DNA of 50,327 nucleotides from NCBI RefSeq assembly GCF_000190715.1, contig NW_003519574.1, forward strand, positions 1-50,327, given 5' to 3'. Below the pieces are notes generated by a model. That model made no database searches. It had not been told where the DNA came from and saw only the letters and a list, made by a program, of their open reading frames with translations. The position numbers were made by a program, and so were the translations under genes. Each line of letters opens with the position of its first letter. Position 1 is the stretch's first letter. The DNA is from Dictyostelium purpureum. Taxonomy: Eukaryota. Below are positions 1-13,563 of the stretch, one piece after another.

Positions 1-442
1 AAAAAAAAAAAAAAAAAAAAGAGGGGCGGCCAAAATTTTGTCACAATGAGAGCTCGATCGGGGGAAGTTGGGATATTTAAGCGGTCAGACTGGCAGGTAT
101 TGAGAAAATTTATTAAAAGAATCAGTAAAAAATGCAAATTTATCGGTAATCAAATTACTTTTTAAATTATATCCAACATATTTTAATTACAGTTCAGTTG
201 ATGAATTGGGCCAAAATAATAGACACTTTTTTTTAAAAAATATGATACTGTATAGATTTGTTGAAAATAATTTAACTAAACAATAAAAAAAGAGATATTT
301 TGAATTCTCTGAAAAAAAAAAAATCCAATTTTAATTTTTTTTTTTAGGAATATTTTTTAAATTTTTTTTTTTTGTATACAATCATTTTTATTTTTCTTTT
401 ATTTTATTTTATTTTATTTTATTTTCTTTCAAATGTGTAATA

Positions 443-3400
443 ATGACCCCTCAAAATAAAAAAATTAATAGTTTTATTTTTTTTATATTATTTATATATA
501 TTTTTCCTGTTGTAAAATCTAGTACTGATGAACTAGTTTGTTTAGGAAAATTATTAAATAAACTATTTCCAATACCCATTTCAGAAGTAACAACTTTATG
601 TACAGGCGATCCTGGTTATGATTACCTAAATTATGGATTTTCAATAAAAACAACATGTATTGTCGATCTTAACTCTTTGTAAATATTTCAAATTCCAAAA
701 AAAAATAATAAAAAAAAAATAAAAAAAATAAAAAATAAAAAAAATGACTCTAATTTTTTTTTACTTTTTTTTCACATTTTAATTATTAGGAAAATTGCGT
801 CCCATGAAAAAAATAGCATTATAATAACCTATGATGATTTAAAATGTTTTGAAATAGGTTTATATGAAATGTTGGTAGATATAAAGACTCTTTATTAATA
901 ACATTATTATATACTAATTTATTATTATCTTAATATAGACATTTAAGTAATTTATATTTAGATATAGATGCTTTAGGTACCACTGATGACAAAAGAGTAG
1001 CTACTAAAATTTATTTGGATGATTGTACTTTTAAAGATCAAAGAATTTCATCAATCGGAAACTCAATACCAACAGCAACAGAACATTTGAGTATTGCAGT
1101 TACCGATACTTCAAATTTACTTTTTATTCCATTCTCTTCTTTAAAATATTTGAAAATATTGTAAGTAAACCCATATTTCTTTACACTAACCAGATAATAC
1201 CCAAAAAGCATTGTATACTAACATTTTTAAAGTATTCTTGCATATAAAAATATTGAACAATATTTCCCAAAAATAGAAAATGACCTCTCAACTTCAGATG
1301 AAACAAATTTCTATAATGTGTATGTATTTTTATTAAATTTCAATTCTTTATTATTAAATTAGTATTAATATTTTTAATATTATTAGAATAATAGATTCAA
1401 ATGAAATCCCATCATTTTTAAATATGAAAATACAAAATTTGGAATTATCATTAAAAATTTACAATACAATTCCATCTTTTGACAACTTAGATACCCTAGA
1501 AAGTGTCGATTCATTCAATTTTATTTTTAATGGTGAAATAGAATACCCTAATGCCTTAGGTTCACCAAATAATAAAATTAGAGTGTTAGATTTAAAAGGC
1601 TTATTTAGTCCACCTTCACAAGCTTTAACCCTTCCAAGTGATATTGAAGAGTTTACAATTTCCAACTCTCCATCATTTAATAACAAAGGTTTATTCCCAT
1701 TTGCATCACTCTCAAATATTTTAACCAAGATTTCAATTGGAAATCTTGGTTTAACTAAATATCCGATGGATTTAATTCCCCCAACTGTTAAAACTATGTA
1801 TGTGTAGGAATTTATTAAAATGATATATTTTGTAAAAATTTTAATTAATAATCAAATCTTTTTTATAATAGAATTTTATATCAAAATAACATAGGATCTC
1901 CATTACCAGATATAGAAAAGTTTTATAAACTTAGTTCATTTTCTTTAACCAATTCGAAAATGATTGGATCAATTCCAGAGAATTACTGTAAATTAGATTT
2001 TTTACTATTAGAAAATAACAACTTGGAAGGTGAATGGAATCAATGTTTTGCTTGCTATCAAGAACATTACAGTGATTCTTCTTTTAGTGGTAACCCAAAA
2101 CTAATTAAAAATGATTGCAGTATGTATTATTATCAGTAATTTCAAAATTTTTTTTTAATTCTAAAAAAAAATAAACAAATACTAATAATTTTTAATATTA
2201 CAGAACCAGGATCAATTGTACCATATATAACATATAATCAAGATAACTATATTTTAAGTTTAAGAGGAAAAAATCTTGGTATAGATACACCAGTTATTAA
2301 AGAAAATCTTTCAATAAAACTGGAAACTATTGTACCTCAGAGTCATTTTGAAGTTTTTTGGGACCCAAGGGTATATGGAGTTTTACCAAATATTATTAAT
2401 GTTATGCTAGGCAATCATGAATTTATTTTGGCAACCTCGCCATTAGTACCAGAAATATTAAGTATAACGAAATCAGGAAATCAGTTTGTTTTTAAAGGAA
2501 TACAGTTTTCATATGATTTAGATGATATCATAATTAAAATTTCTGGAGTAAAGTGCTCAAATACATACATAGATTTTAATACCCTCAATTGTCAATTTTC
2601 AGCAACGGATCAATTAAAAATAGGTCAAGATATTCCCTCGACTATCCAAAACATCAAACTAACAACCATATCTATGTTTACAGTAAATACAGCTCAAGAT
2701 AAAACAACAATTATTAAAACCTGTAGTTCTTGTAATGAGGGCTCTGGCAATGGTTTATGCTCAAGTACAACTGGTAAATGTATATGTAGCCAATACTATA
2801 CAGGAGAATCCTGTAATTTACCAAATCAATTTTTAACATCAGCTTCATCAGCATTGTCATCGGGCGGTTTAGTTAATTTATATGGTTGGTTTGGATCACC
2901 AAATGAAGGTTTGACAATTACAATTGGTTCTTTAAATTGTCAAATACATTATTATAATACAACTTTTGCAAATTGTACTATTGGTGCAGGATCAGGTACT
3001 AAATCAATAAAGATTATTCAAAACAATCAAGAATGGATTGGTGAAAATATGTTCCACTATACAGAAACAACATATAGATGTCCAAAAGACTGTTCTTTAA
3101 ATGGAGTTGCAAATGGTGAATGCAATAGCTCTTCAGGTCAATGTAAATGTTTTATTGGTTGGGGTGGGTATGACTGTAATTCAAAATCGACAACTGGAGG
3201 TTCGACATCAACTAGTTCGGGATCATCTACACCAACACCAACAAAATCACCAGAAATTGAAATCCCTGAATCAAATACAACCATCAATAATGGTTCAAGT
3301 TCTATTAGCAATCAACAAACAACTTACGAAATATCAATTTTATCACTAATTGAATATGATGTCACTGATGCAATAGTTATTACACATAACCTAACTAACA

Positions 3401-4122
3401 AATGGATCAGCATAGGAGATACTGATAAGAACATTCATAAATTCAATCAAAATATTTCAGAAACATGCAGAATAACATATATTATTGAAGATATCAAAGA
3501 ATCGAGAGATTATGAATTTGCAGGTTTACAATTAACTTTAGAAAAAGATTCAATTAAAATAACAGTAAACATTGAAAACTATCCATTTACAAGTGTATTA
3601 AATAAATTACAACTCAGATTAGAATCTATAGTAGGTGATAATGGTGCAAATATTGAAAATAATCAATGCAACAATAAAGAAACGTCTATCAATAAAGACT
3701 TATTAGATAATAATCAATTATTAAACTATATTACAATTTCAAAAAATGAAAAAGTATTATATGGTAGATTTATAAACAGAGTATTAAGTGATCACAGACA
3801 ATCATTTATTACAACATCATTAATTTCAAATACCACAACAACATCAGCAAATAAAGAATCATTTATTATTGGATTAAATTTACCATTTTTCACAGAATCA
3901 TTAAGCATCGATCCTGATTTTTCAGTACTAGTATCCCCATCGTTCAAGAAATGCAAATCAAATGATCGTGCAAAGTGGGTTTTACCTGTTGCCATTGTTG
4001 TACCTTGTGTTGCTGTTGCCACCATTATAATAATAAGTGCCATTATTTACAAAAAAAATCGTACCACAGTTTTATTGGTTAAAAATAAATTCAAACTAAG
4101 GGCATTACCAAAAAAAGAATAA
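443..4122 (+). CDS. Paralog A of the LRR / IPT-TIG / EGF-like single-pass membrane protein family (multi-exon gene)
   Basis: Exon 1 (443..~678) encodes a signal peptide plus Cys-containing N-domain (MTPQNKKINSFIFFILFIYIFPVVKS...). Approximate exons are ~962..1160, ~1278..1317, ~1395..1797, ~1872..2122 and ~2204..4122, joined by short AT-rich GTAAGT/GTATGT..AG introns. The middle exons encode LRR-like repeats (LxxLxLxxN, '..NNNLEGEW..'). The last exon encodes IPT/TIG-like folds, EGF-like Cys repeats (CSSCNEGSGNGLCSSTTGKCICSQYYTGESC; CPKDCSLNGVANGECNSSSGQCKCFIGWGGYDC), a Ser/Thr-rich stalk, a ~250-aa membrane-proximal domain, a TM helix (WVLPVAIVVPCVAVATIIIISAII) and a short basic tail. Confidence 0.7.
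2821..4060. repeat. ~1.2 kb segment ~98-99% identical at nucleotide level to 6971..8210 (paralog A vs B 3' exons)
   Basis: Direct comparison shows only scattered single-base differences (e.g. gggtgggtatgac vs ggggtggatatgac; aacattgaaaac vs aacatcgacaac), including at synonymous sites. The N-terminal halves of the two genes are much more diverged. Confidence 0.9.
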
Positions 4123-4470
4123 AAGTGATCTTTATATGCCAAACAAAGCCTCAAGAAACTAATAAATAAAAACAAAATAATATTTTTTCATTCCAAAATT
4201 ATTAATTATTATAATAACCATTTGATTTTTTATTAATATCCAAAGAAATTTATAAATAATTAAAATTCTATTCTTGTCGTATTTTTTTATTCTTGTCATA
4301 TTTTTTATTTTTTTATTAAATTTCCAGGTTGGTGAGTCTGGTAACCGCCCACAAAATTTTAATTTTTTTATTTTTTATTTTTTAAAATATAATTTTTGTT
4401 TTTTTAATTATTTTCATTTTTTCTTTGCAAATTATGAATTTTCTCTTTTTTTTTTTATTTTTAACAAATA

Positions 4471-7400
4471 ATGAAATTAAACATTTTTTTATTATTTATT
4501 TTTTTAGTTAATATTAGTTTTGTAAAATCATTACAGGATGAAGATTGCTTAAAAGCATTATTGGCCAAATTATTCAATATAAATGATGTTGAATTTTGTG
4601 GAAACCCAGTTATTACAAGGGACTATTATTATGAAAGTAAATGTTCAGATTCCAATACAAAAATTCTTGAAAAACTGTATGTTTTATTTCTATTTATTTT
4701 ATAAAATTTTATATTAATTTATTTTTATTTTTTTATTTTTTTAAATTTTAGATCTATCAAAGGGAATGTACCCACTCCCAGTAATCCATCCCCTCCATCT
4801 TTAGTATATGGTGATTTAAGCTGCTTTGAAAATATTAATCAATTGTAACTATAATTATAATAATAAATAATCGAAGAAAATTTAAATATTAATTTTTTTT
4901 TTTTTTATAAAATAGAAATTTATCATTAATAGCAATAAAAAAAGATGCACTAGGTGCAGATGATCAAAAAAATGTTGCAAAACAAATTATTTTAACCTCG
5001 TGTATTTTTGATGATGGAATAATTGTATCTGAAGGCTCTATTTTGCCAAAAGGTCAATTCTATTTAGAAATTTTTATAGATTCATTCTCAAACTTTAAAG
5101 AATTACGTTTTAGATCTATTAAATACATAACTTCTTTGTAATTATCTTTAAAAATAATATTTAAGACAATATAAACAAATATTAATATATTTTCTTCACC
5201 ATTTATTTAGGGAAATTAAAATTGTTGAAAATATAAAATTAAATAACTACCCAAAATATATAAATGATTTAGAAGGTTTAGAAACCAATTTTATTTATAT
5301 GTAAGCATTTTCAACATAAAGTTATTTTTTTTAAATTAAAAATATATTTAATTAATATTTCATTTTTAGTAATTTGTATTCAAATGCTGTCCCAAAATTA
5401 ACAGATCTAAAGATATTTAATTTCTATTTAAAGATTATTGGGGATTTATCCTCGGAGTCAATTGATAATTTAGGTACTTTAAATCAAGTTGAACTATTCA
5501 CATTTTCAAATGATAAAGAAATTGAATTTCCCAAACAAATATTTTCACCAAATAATAAATTCAACCAACTATCTCTAGTACCTAAATTTAAACCTCCAAC
5601 AGAATACATAACCTTACCAAAAACAATACTTGTATTTCTATTCATAGCAGAAAATCCAACATTCAATATCAATGGAAAACTTCCATTTATTTTCCCAGAT
5701 AATATGGTTTATTTGTCTTTAAATAACTTAGGTCTTGTTGAATTTCCAATTTTACCAAAAGATATTAATACATTGTATGTATATAATAAATATATTAAAA
5801 AATATTTTATATTAATTTTTTTTTTTGTTTATTTTTAAAAAAAGAATAATTGTTGGTAATAATTTTGTTATAAATGGTCCAAAACCATTACCAGATCTTT
5901 CATCTTATAAAAGTCTGGCACAAGTTCAACTTACTAATACTGGTTTCAGTGGACCAATTCCTGAAAGCTATTGTTTGTTTGTAAACTATTTATCAAATAA
6001 TAATTTAAATGGTAAGTTCACTGTATAAAATAATAATAAAAAATTAACTGTTTTTTATTAAACCAATTACTAATTTAATATTTTTAATAAAGGAAAACTT
6101 CCAATGTGCAAATCTTGTTATTTAAATCCATATTTTGATGACTATAGAAATAATCCTAATTTAGATTATGGAGTTTGTGGTATGTAGAAAATAAAACTAT
6201 TATTATTATATTTTTATTTTTTTAAAAACATTATTATATTTACTAATTATTTTTATTAAAAAGACGAAAGTTCGATCATTCCTAATTTCGATATATCTTT
6301 TGAAAAAGAAATAACTATATATGGAGAAAATATCGGGTTGAGTTTACCCCAAATTTTCAATTATCCAATTGCATTTTCAACTATCAAAGGAAACTCAATG
6401 TTTAAAGGAAAATGGAATGATATGTGGGGCCAAATTCCAGATACTGTAGTAGTTTCTTTATCGCCAAGAAATTTTACATTTAATACAAAAAACTTATTAC
6501 CATCATTAAATAATATTACAAAATCAAATCTCCAATTTATTTTTGAAGGTTCAAACTTTTCATATAACAAAAATGATTTTGAAATTAAAATTGCAAATGA
6601 AATTTGTTTAATTTCATCGATAACATTTAATAAAATCATTTGTAACTTCCCAAATCAAAAAGTATTACCTGTCAAAAATGATGTCCCAACAACTATTAAG
6701 AATACTAAATCTGGAGAATTCATTTCATTTACTATTAATACACTCGAAGATAAAACAACAGTTGCAAAAGAATGCCCAAATCAATGTATTGAGGGTATTT
6801 GTTCAATTAACACTGGTACATGCATATGCAATCCGGGCTATAGTGGTGAAACATGTAGTCCCATACCATGTAAATCAAACTGTGGTACTCAAGAAGGTAG
6901 AGGCGAATGTAATGGTAAAGTAGGTGTATGTGTTTGTAATCTAAAATGGAAAGGTGAGTCTTGTGAAATACCAAGTCAATTTTTAACATCAGCTTCATCA
7001 ACATTGTCATCGGGCGGTTTAGTTAATTTATATGGTTGGTTTGGATCACCAAATGAAGGTTTGACAATTACAATTGGTTCTTTAAATTGTCAAATACATT
7101 ATTATAATACAACTTTTGCAAATTGTACTATTGGTGCAGGATCAGGTACTAAATCAATAAAGATTATTCAAAACAATCAAGAATGGATTGGTGAAAATAT
7201 GTTCCACTATACAGAAACAACATATAGATGTCCAAAAGACTGTTCTTTAAATGGAGTTGCAAATGGTGAATGCAATAGCTCTTCAGGTCAATGTAAATGT
7301 TTTATTGGTTGGGGTGGATATGACTGTAATTCAAAATCGACAACTGGAGGTTCGACATCAACTAGTTCGGGATCATCTACACCAACACCAACAAAATCAC

Positions 7401-8311
7401 CAGAAATTGAAATCCCTGAATCAAATACAACCATCAATAATGGTTCAAGTTCTATTAGTAATCAACAAACAACTTACGAAATATCAATTTTATCACTAAT
7501 TGAATATGATGTCACTGATACAATAGTTATTACACATAACCTAACTAACAAATGGATCAGCATAGGAGATACTGATAAGAATATTCATAAATTCAATCAA
7601 AATATTTCAGAAACATGCAGAATAACATATATTATTGAAGATATCAAAGAATCGAGAGATTATGAATTTGCAGGTTTACAATTAACTTTAGAAAAAGATT
7701 CAATTAAAATAACAGTAAACATCGACAACTATCCATTTACAAGTGCATTAAATAAATTACAACTCAGATTAGAATCTTTAGTAGGTGATAATGGTGCAAA
7801 TTTCGAAAATAATCAATGCAACAATAAAGAAACGTCTATTGATAAAGACTTATTAGATAATAATCAATTATTAAACTATATTACAATTTCAAAAAATGAA
7901 AAAGTATTATATGGTAGATTTATAAACAGAGTATTAAGTGATCACAGACAATCATTTATTACAACATCATTAATTTCAAATACCACAACAACATCAGCAA
8001 ATAAAGAATCATTTATTATTGGATTAAATTTACCATATTTCACAGAATCATTAAGCATCGATCCTGATTTTTCAGTACTAGTATCCCCATCGTTCAAGAA
8101 ATGCAAATCAAATGATCGTGCTAAATGGGTTTTACCTGTTGCCATTGTTGTACCTTGTGTTGCAGTTTCTGCCATTATAATAACAAGTTCTATTTTATTC
8201 AAAAAAAACCGAACAACTCTATTACTAGCCAAAAACAAACTAGTGTCACAATTCAAAACACAAGAACTATATATGCCAAGAGAAGAGGAATTAAAATCAA
8301 ATAATTTGTAA
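4471..8311 (+). CDS. Paralog B of the LRR / IPT-TIG / EGF-like single-pass membrane protein family (multi-exon gene, ~8 exons)
   Basis: Approximate exons are 4471..~4676 (signal peptide MKLNIFLLFIFLVNISFVKS plus Cys N-domain), ~4753..4846, ~4917..5139, ~5210..5300, ~5368..5776, ~5838..6010, ~6092..6178 and ~6262..8311. LRR exons are followed by IPT-like folds, two EGF repeats (CPNQCIEGICSINTGTCICNPGYSGETC...CKSNCGTQEGRGECNGKVGVCVCNLKWKGESC), IPT/TIG, EGF, the membrane-proximal domain, TM (WVLPVAIVVPCVAVSAIIITSSILF) and a tail. The 3' ~1.2 kb is nearly identical to paralog A. Confidence 0.7.
6971..8210. repeat. Second copy of the near-identical 1.2 kb block (see 2821..4060)
   Basis: Same as the first copy. 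The block covers IPT/TIG, EGF, the S/T stalk, the membrane-proximal domain and the start of the TM helix. Identity breaks down in the cytoplasmic tail. Confidence 0.9.
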
Positions 8312-8669
8312 ATAAAAATAAAATTGGGTCTTTATTTTTTTTTTTAAAAATTTTAATGACATACATATAATAAAGAACTCTGCAAAACTAAGGGGTGAAT
8401 AGAAAATGTTATTTCCTAATTTATATTATTTAATTAATTTGAACTCCTATTTTAAATGATCAAACCAAATAAGTAGTTAAAAGAAATTATAGGAAAAATA
8501 TTTAATACCAGAATCAATATCCCAACTTATAAAAAACAATCCTCCATAATATGCTGAATTTATTTAAATAAATAAAATAAATAAACAAATAATACTATTG
8601 TCATAAATTACAAATTCTTTATTTCTTTTTTTTTTTCTTTTTTTTTTTATGTTTATTTTTCTTTATTGT

Positions 8670-9526
8670 TTAAATATTAATTAATAAAATTATTTGAATA
8701 ATAAAAATTAAAATTAAATACCTTGAAATATTATTTTTTAAAGAGTAGGAATTATTATTATTGTTATTGTTGTTTCCAAAATGAGGTTCTGAACCAATAA
8801 AATCTACTCTAAAAGTTAAACCTCTTTTACCGCCAATTATCATTTGAGCTGCTGAATTTAATTGAAATAGTTGTGGGTTTATCATTGTGCAATCTATGAA
8901 ACCAAATGTTGCCTTCTTTACTTGACAAATTTCACCATCTGATGTTATTTTTATATCAGTTGCATTATATGTGAAAAAACGACCTTGAATATATAAATCT
9001 TTGCCACTTTTACGAATACTTTTAAATTCTGGTTTATGATTTTCATCAGTTGCTAAAAAGAAATCCTTATTATGAATCTCTAAAAAGAGTATATCTGGAA
9101 GTGGAACATTAGTTTCTAACCATTTGGATTTAAATTCTTTAGTTACATTATTATACACCCAATTTAATTTTGGTGTATTCGATGTAAAACTTTGATTCCC
9201 TAACCCAATACCATATAGTGTAAATTCTTTTAATGTTGAATCATATTTTAAATTTGGTATAATTAAAACATCTTCATTTTCTGTAATATTTATTTGCTCC
9301 TCACTCTTTGTATTATTATTTTTACTTTTGCTACTATTGCTGTTACTACTTGTATTATCTAAACTATCTAAAAATATAATTTTTAAAATAAATTAATATG
9401 ATGGTTTTTAAAACCATAATAAAAATGATTTTTCATTTTTTTTTTTTTTTTACCCTGGGAATGTATAAATGATATATTTAAAGAAATTATTAAAACTGTT
9501 ATTAAAAAAATATAAAAAACTTTCAT
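8670..9526 (-). CDS. Hypothetical secreted protein (2 exons)
   Basis: The minus-strand ATG at 9526 gives a signal peptide (MKVFYIFLITVLIISLNISFIHSQ). A GTAAAA..TTTTAG intron (~9385..9452) joins in frame to the ORF 8670..9158, with an S/N-rich linker and a C-terminal globular region. The ORF ends in an N-run and a hydrophobic stretch (possible GPI/anchor-like tail). No family recognised. Confidence 0.55.
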
Positions 9527-11145
9527 TATATTATTTTGATTTATTGTTTTTTAGTATTAAGTTTGTTTTTTTTTTTTTGTTTAAATAAATTTTTTTTAAA
9601 TATTATTTTTAAAAAAAAAAATATTAAAATTATTTTATTTTTATTATAATGTTTAATTTAATATTACAATTAAAAAAATAATAAAATAATAATAGTATTA
9701 ATTTTTTACTTAAGTTCTATCCTTGTTTTTTTTTTTTTATTTTATGATTTAAAAATTATTATTTATTATTATTTTTTTTTGGTTAATTCTCTTAATTGTT
9801 ATTATGTTGTTAATTTAACAAATATAAGTTTTTTTTTTTTTTTTTTTGGCGAGAGTGTTGTGTGTGTTTAATAAATAATATTTAAATTGTTCTTCAAAAA
9901 GATTTATTATTATTATTATTATGTATAAAACATTTATATCTATTTACTTTATATATACATGTTTTATCCACACCAATATCCCCCATCAAATTCCTAAAAA
10001 AATAAATTATTATTATTATTATTTTTATTATTTTTTTTTTTAAAAGTGGTGTGTTACTTAAATTTATCAAAATTGCAAATAATACATCACATAAAAATAT
10101 TTATTTAAAATATAAAAATAAATTAGATTATTAACATCACAATCATTCAATCGAAATTAAAAAAAAAATAAAAAAATAAAAATAAACAAATAATATTTAT
10201 TAACCTTTTATATACAGAATTTATTTTTTACAAAATTTTAATATATTTTATGGCAATCATTCACTAATATTAACACATCATAACCACTATTATCATATAA
10301 TTTTTCCATTAAAAAAAAATCATTTTATTTTTATAATCAATAATATTTAAAATAGCTTTTATATCTTTATTTTTTTGATTTCACTAAAATAATAATAACA
10401 ATAATAGTAATAAATCTTATATATGCATATAAAAGTTTAACGAATAATTATGCCCAGTGAAAAAAAAGATTTTTTTTTTTTTTTTGGATTGTGTAAAAAG
10501 ACAAAAATAATTTTTTTTTTTTTATATATTTTAGACAAAAGTTATTTACATAAAATAAGAATCAAAATTGTTTTAAATAAAAGTGATCATCATGATTTTA
10601 AAATGTGTTACATATTTACCTAAATATCTAAGAGGGGTTACAAAAATAATAATATCTTTCAAAATGTGTGATAACATACAATGATAAACATAAACCTTAT
10701 ATAGAGATGTTTCACATAAAAAAAATAAAATTTTCCCCAAAAAAAATTAAAAAAAAATTTAAAAAAAAAAAAAAAAATAAAAAAAAATAATTTTTTTTAT
10801 ATTAAAAATTTAAAAAAAAAAAAAAAAAAAAATAAACACAATCTCTGTTAAAAAAAAAAAAACCCCCACACATTAATACTTTTCAAATTATACAAAACCC
10901 CTATATATATATATTTATTTGTTTATTTGTTTTATATTTTTTATTTTGATTTGTGTTTATTTTAAAAATAATAATATACTTTAGTTAATCAATAATCACA
11001 AGATTTAAACAAAAAATATATAGATCATAAAGATAGAGATTGATTTTATCGACAATAGTAATAACAATAATAGATAAAATAATAACTTTTGTTTATTTAA
11101 AAGAAATTTTATAAAAAAAAACAAAAAAAAAAAACAAAAAAAAAA

Positions 11146-13219
11146 ATGATAATTGTGAAATTTTTATCAATAATATTTATATTATTAAATATATTTATTT
11201 TTGAAAATGTACAATCACAAACTATTACAAATTTTGTTAGTAACCCAGATATATCACAACTACAATATGATCAATCCTATTTAAGAGTTATATCAAATGT
11301 TCCACAAGAAATTAGTCCAAATACCACCCTTCATTTTGAATATGTTTATGATGCTTGTGTATCATGTAGCTATCAACTATTGGTCGAATTAAAGTATATA
11401 CATAAACTATAAATAATTATAGACTCTTTATAAAATACTAATACTAATACTAATTTTATATATAGCTCCACAAATACAAATTATTTTATTATGCCAAGTA
11501 CATTTGGTTATAAATTTAATGTATCCATTCTAAACAATGGAGTTAATACAAGATTTATGTATTTATCTTTTTATCAAAAATTTAATGAATATGGCGTTTA
11601 TGATTTAAGTGTTAATATTTCATCAGTAAATAAAACAACAAAGTACGTATACCTTATAACATTTCAATAACAATATTTAATACCATATATTAACCATTCT
11701 TTTTAGGAGATTATTTCATTCCGTAAATATTTTATCAAAAGAATATAACCCAAACATACCAATTGCAGTAATGTTTTCAATATTAACCGCTATGGCAATA
11801 GTTTGGCCAATGATATTATACCTCTATAAGAGATCAAAGAGAGATTCTTTAGAATATCAATTAATATCAAGTGTGGAAAGAGAAAATAATAAGAAAAAGG
11901 ATAGATTAAAATCATTGGATGTTTTTAGAGGGTTTTCAATTACAATTATGATTTTTGTAAACTATGGCGGCGGTGGATATTGGTTTTTCAATCATAGCTA
12001 TTGGAATGGTTTAACTGTTGCTGATTTGGTATTCCCATGGTTCGTTTTTATTATGGGCATTGCAATGCCATTATCTTTTAATGCTATGGAAAGACGTGGA
12101 ACCACCAAACTAGTTATCGTTCAAAAGCTAGTTCGTAGATCAGCTATACTGTTTGCCTTAGGTTTGTTTATCAATAATGGTGTCAATTTACAACATTGGA
12201 GAATTTTAGGTGTTTTACAACGTTTTGCAATTTCTTATTTAATTGTTGGTCTTATAATGCTTTTTGTACCACTCTGGAGATTTAGACCATCACCATCAGA
12301 TATAAATTTAAATATAGATCAACAACAGCATGTCATTGCACCACTAGATTTCAATATTGACCCAGCCCAACAACAATCAATAAATAACAATAATAATAAT
12401 AATAATAATAACAATAGTAGTGATAAAATATATAGCGGTAAAAACAATAGTTTTATTAATAATTATTTAGCTGATTTGGCACCATATTGGATACAATGGC
12501 TTGTTGCATTGCTATTGCTTGCTGGTTGGTTTTTATTAATGTTTTTAGTTCCAGTACCAGGATGTCCAAAAGGCTATTTAGGTCCAGGTGGAATTGGTGA
12601 TAATTCATTATACCCAAATTGTACTGGTGGAGCTGCTCGTTTAATCGATATGAAGATCTTTACAAACAACCACATATTCCAATCTCCAACATGTCAAGAT
12701 ATCTATAAAACATCATCATATGATCCAGAGGGTACAGTTGGCTACTTAACTTCAATTTTCATATGCTTCATTGGTGTTCAAGCTGGAAGAATTATTTTAA
12801 TTTACAAATCAAATAGATCACGTTTAATTCGTTGGATGGTTTGGTCTGCTGTCTGCTGTGGTATAGCAGCTGGCCTCTGCGGTCTTTCCCAAAATGATGG
12901 TGTTATCCCTATAAATAAAAATCTATGGTCTCCATCATTTGTCTTCTTAATGGCTGGTTTTGGTTTCTTTGTGCTCACAATCATGTTTATAGTCATAGAT
13001 ATTAAAAAAATTTGGAACGGTTCCCCATTCATCTATGTAGGTATGAACCCTATTACAATTTACTGTGGCCATGAAATTTTAGGTGGTTATTTCCCATTCT
13101 CTTTCAGCGTCGAATATCAAACCCACTCTCTATATTTACTTTCAAATTGTATTGGTGTAGGTTGTTGGCTATTAATTGCTTATCTAATGTTTTTAAATAA
13201 AGTATTTATTAATATTTAA
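11146..13219 (+). CDS. Heparan-alpha-glucosaminide N-acetyltransferase (HGSNAT / DUF1624)-like lysosomal transmembrane acetyltransferase, 3 exons
   Basis: A signal peptide and lumenal N-domain (11146..~11390, ~11461..11642) are followed by exon 3 (~11708..13219). Exon 3 matches the conserved HGSNAT core: RLKSLDVFRGFSITIMIFVNYGGGGYWFFNHSYWNGLTVADLVFPWFVFIMG, VPGCPKGYLGPGGIGD..YPNCTGGAA, DPEGTVG, NKNLWSPSFV, GMNPITIY.GHE. Multiple TM helices. An Asn-run insertion sits in a loop. Confidence 0.85.
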
Positions 13220-13563
13220 TAAATATACAAAATAAATAAATAAAAAATTAATAAATTTATGAATATAAAAATATAATTCCAAATGTTGATGCCCTATTCC
13301 AAAATATATTTTTATACTAAAAAATTGATGGAATTTTGGACAATGAATAAATATCTGATTGATTGTCGTTGATTATTAAAAAAAAAAAAAAATATCTTTT
13401 ACGAGAATTTTTGAATTAAATTTTATTTTTTTTTTTTTTTTCTAAATTTTAAATATTTTTTTCTAAAATTTAAAAAAAATATTTTTTTTATTTTTTTTTT
13501 TTTATTTCTTTTTAATATTTATCAAAATACCCCCAAAAAAAAGATAAATCCTTTATTATTATA

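Noticed and set aside
3101-3349. Reported ORFs 3101..3349, 7251..7499, 3792..4043 (-), 7942..8256 (-), 1459..1728 (-), 5484..5672 (-), 6361..6639 (-), 6678..6923, 6807..7010 (-) and 12802..13032 (-)
   Set aside because: These are alternative-frame or antisense ORFs lying inside well-supported exons of the surface-protein genes or the HGSNAT-like gene. The duplicated pairs are identical only because they fall in the A/B conversion block.
4274-4471. Low-complexity ORFs in AT-rich spacers (4274..4471, 26253..26513, 41574..41777, 44043..44264, 32571..32998, 20163..20375, 20568..20905, 23150..23717, 16768..17091 tail, 48668..48886)
   Set aside because: They are poly-F/I/K/N translations of AT-rich intergenic or intronic DNA, or antisense of real exons. 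No coding periodicity is seen.
9530-11140. 1.6 kb divergent intergenic region and the 15000..16400 desert were checked for tRNA genes, transposon ends (TRE/DIRS/skipper-like) or small ORFs
   Set aside because: No T-loop (GGTTCGAnTCC) or tRNA-like GC stems, no long terminal or inverted repeats, and no ORF with coding-like composition were found. These look like ordinary AT-rich promoter/spacer DNA. Some complexity at 10560..10720 was noted, without a supportable call.
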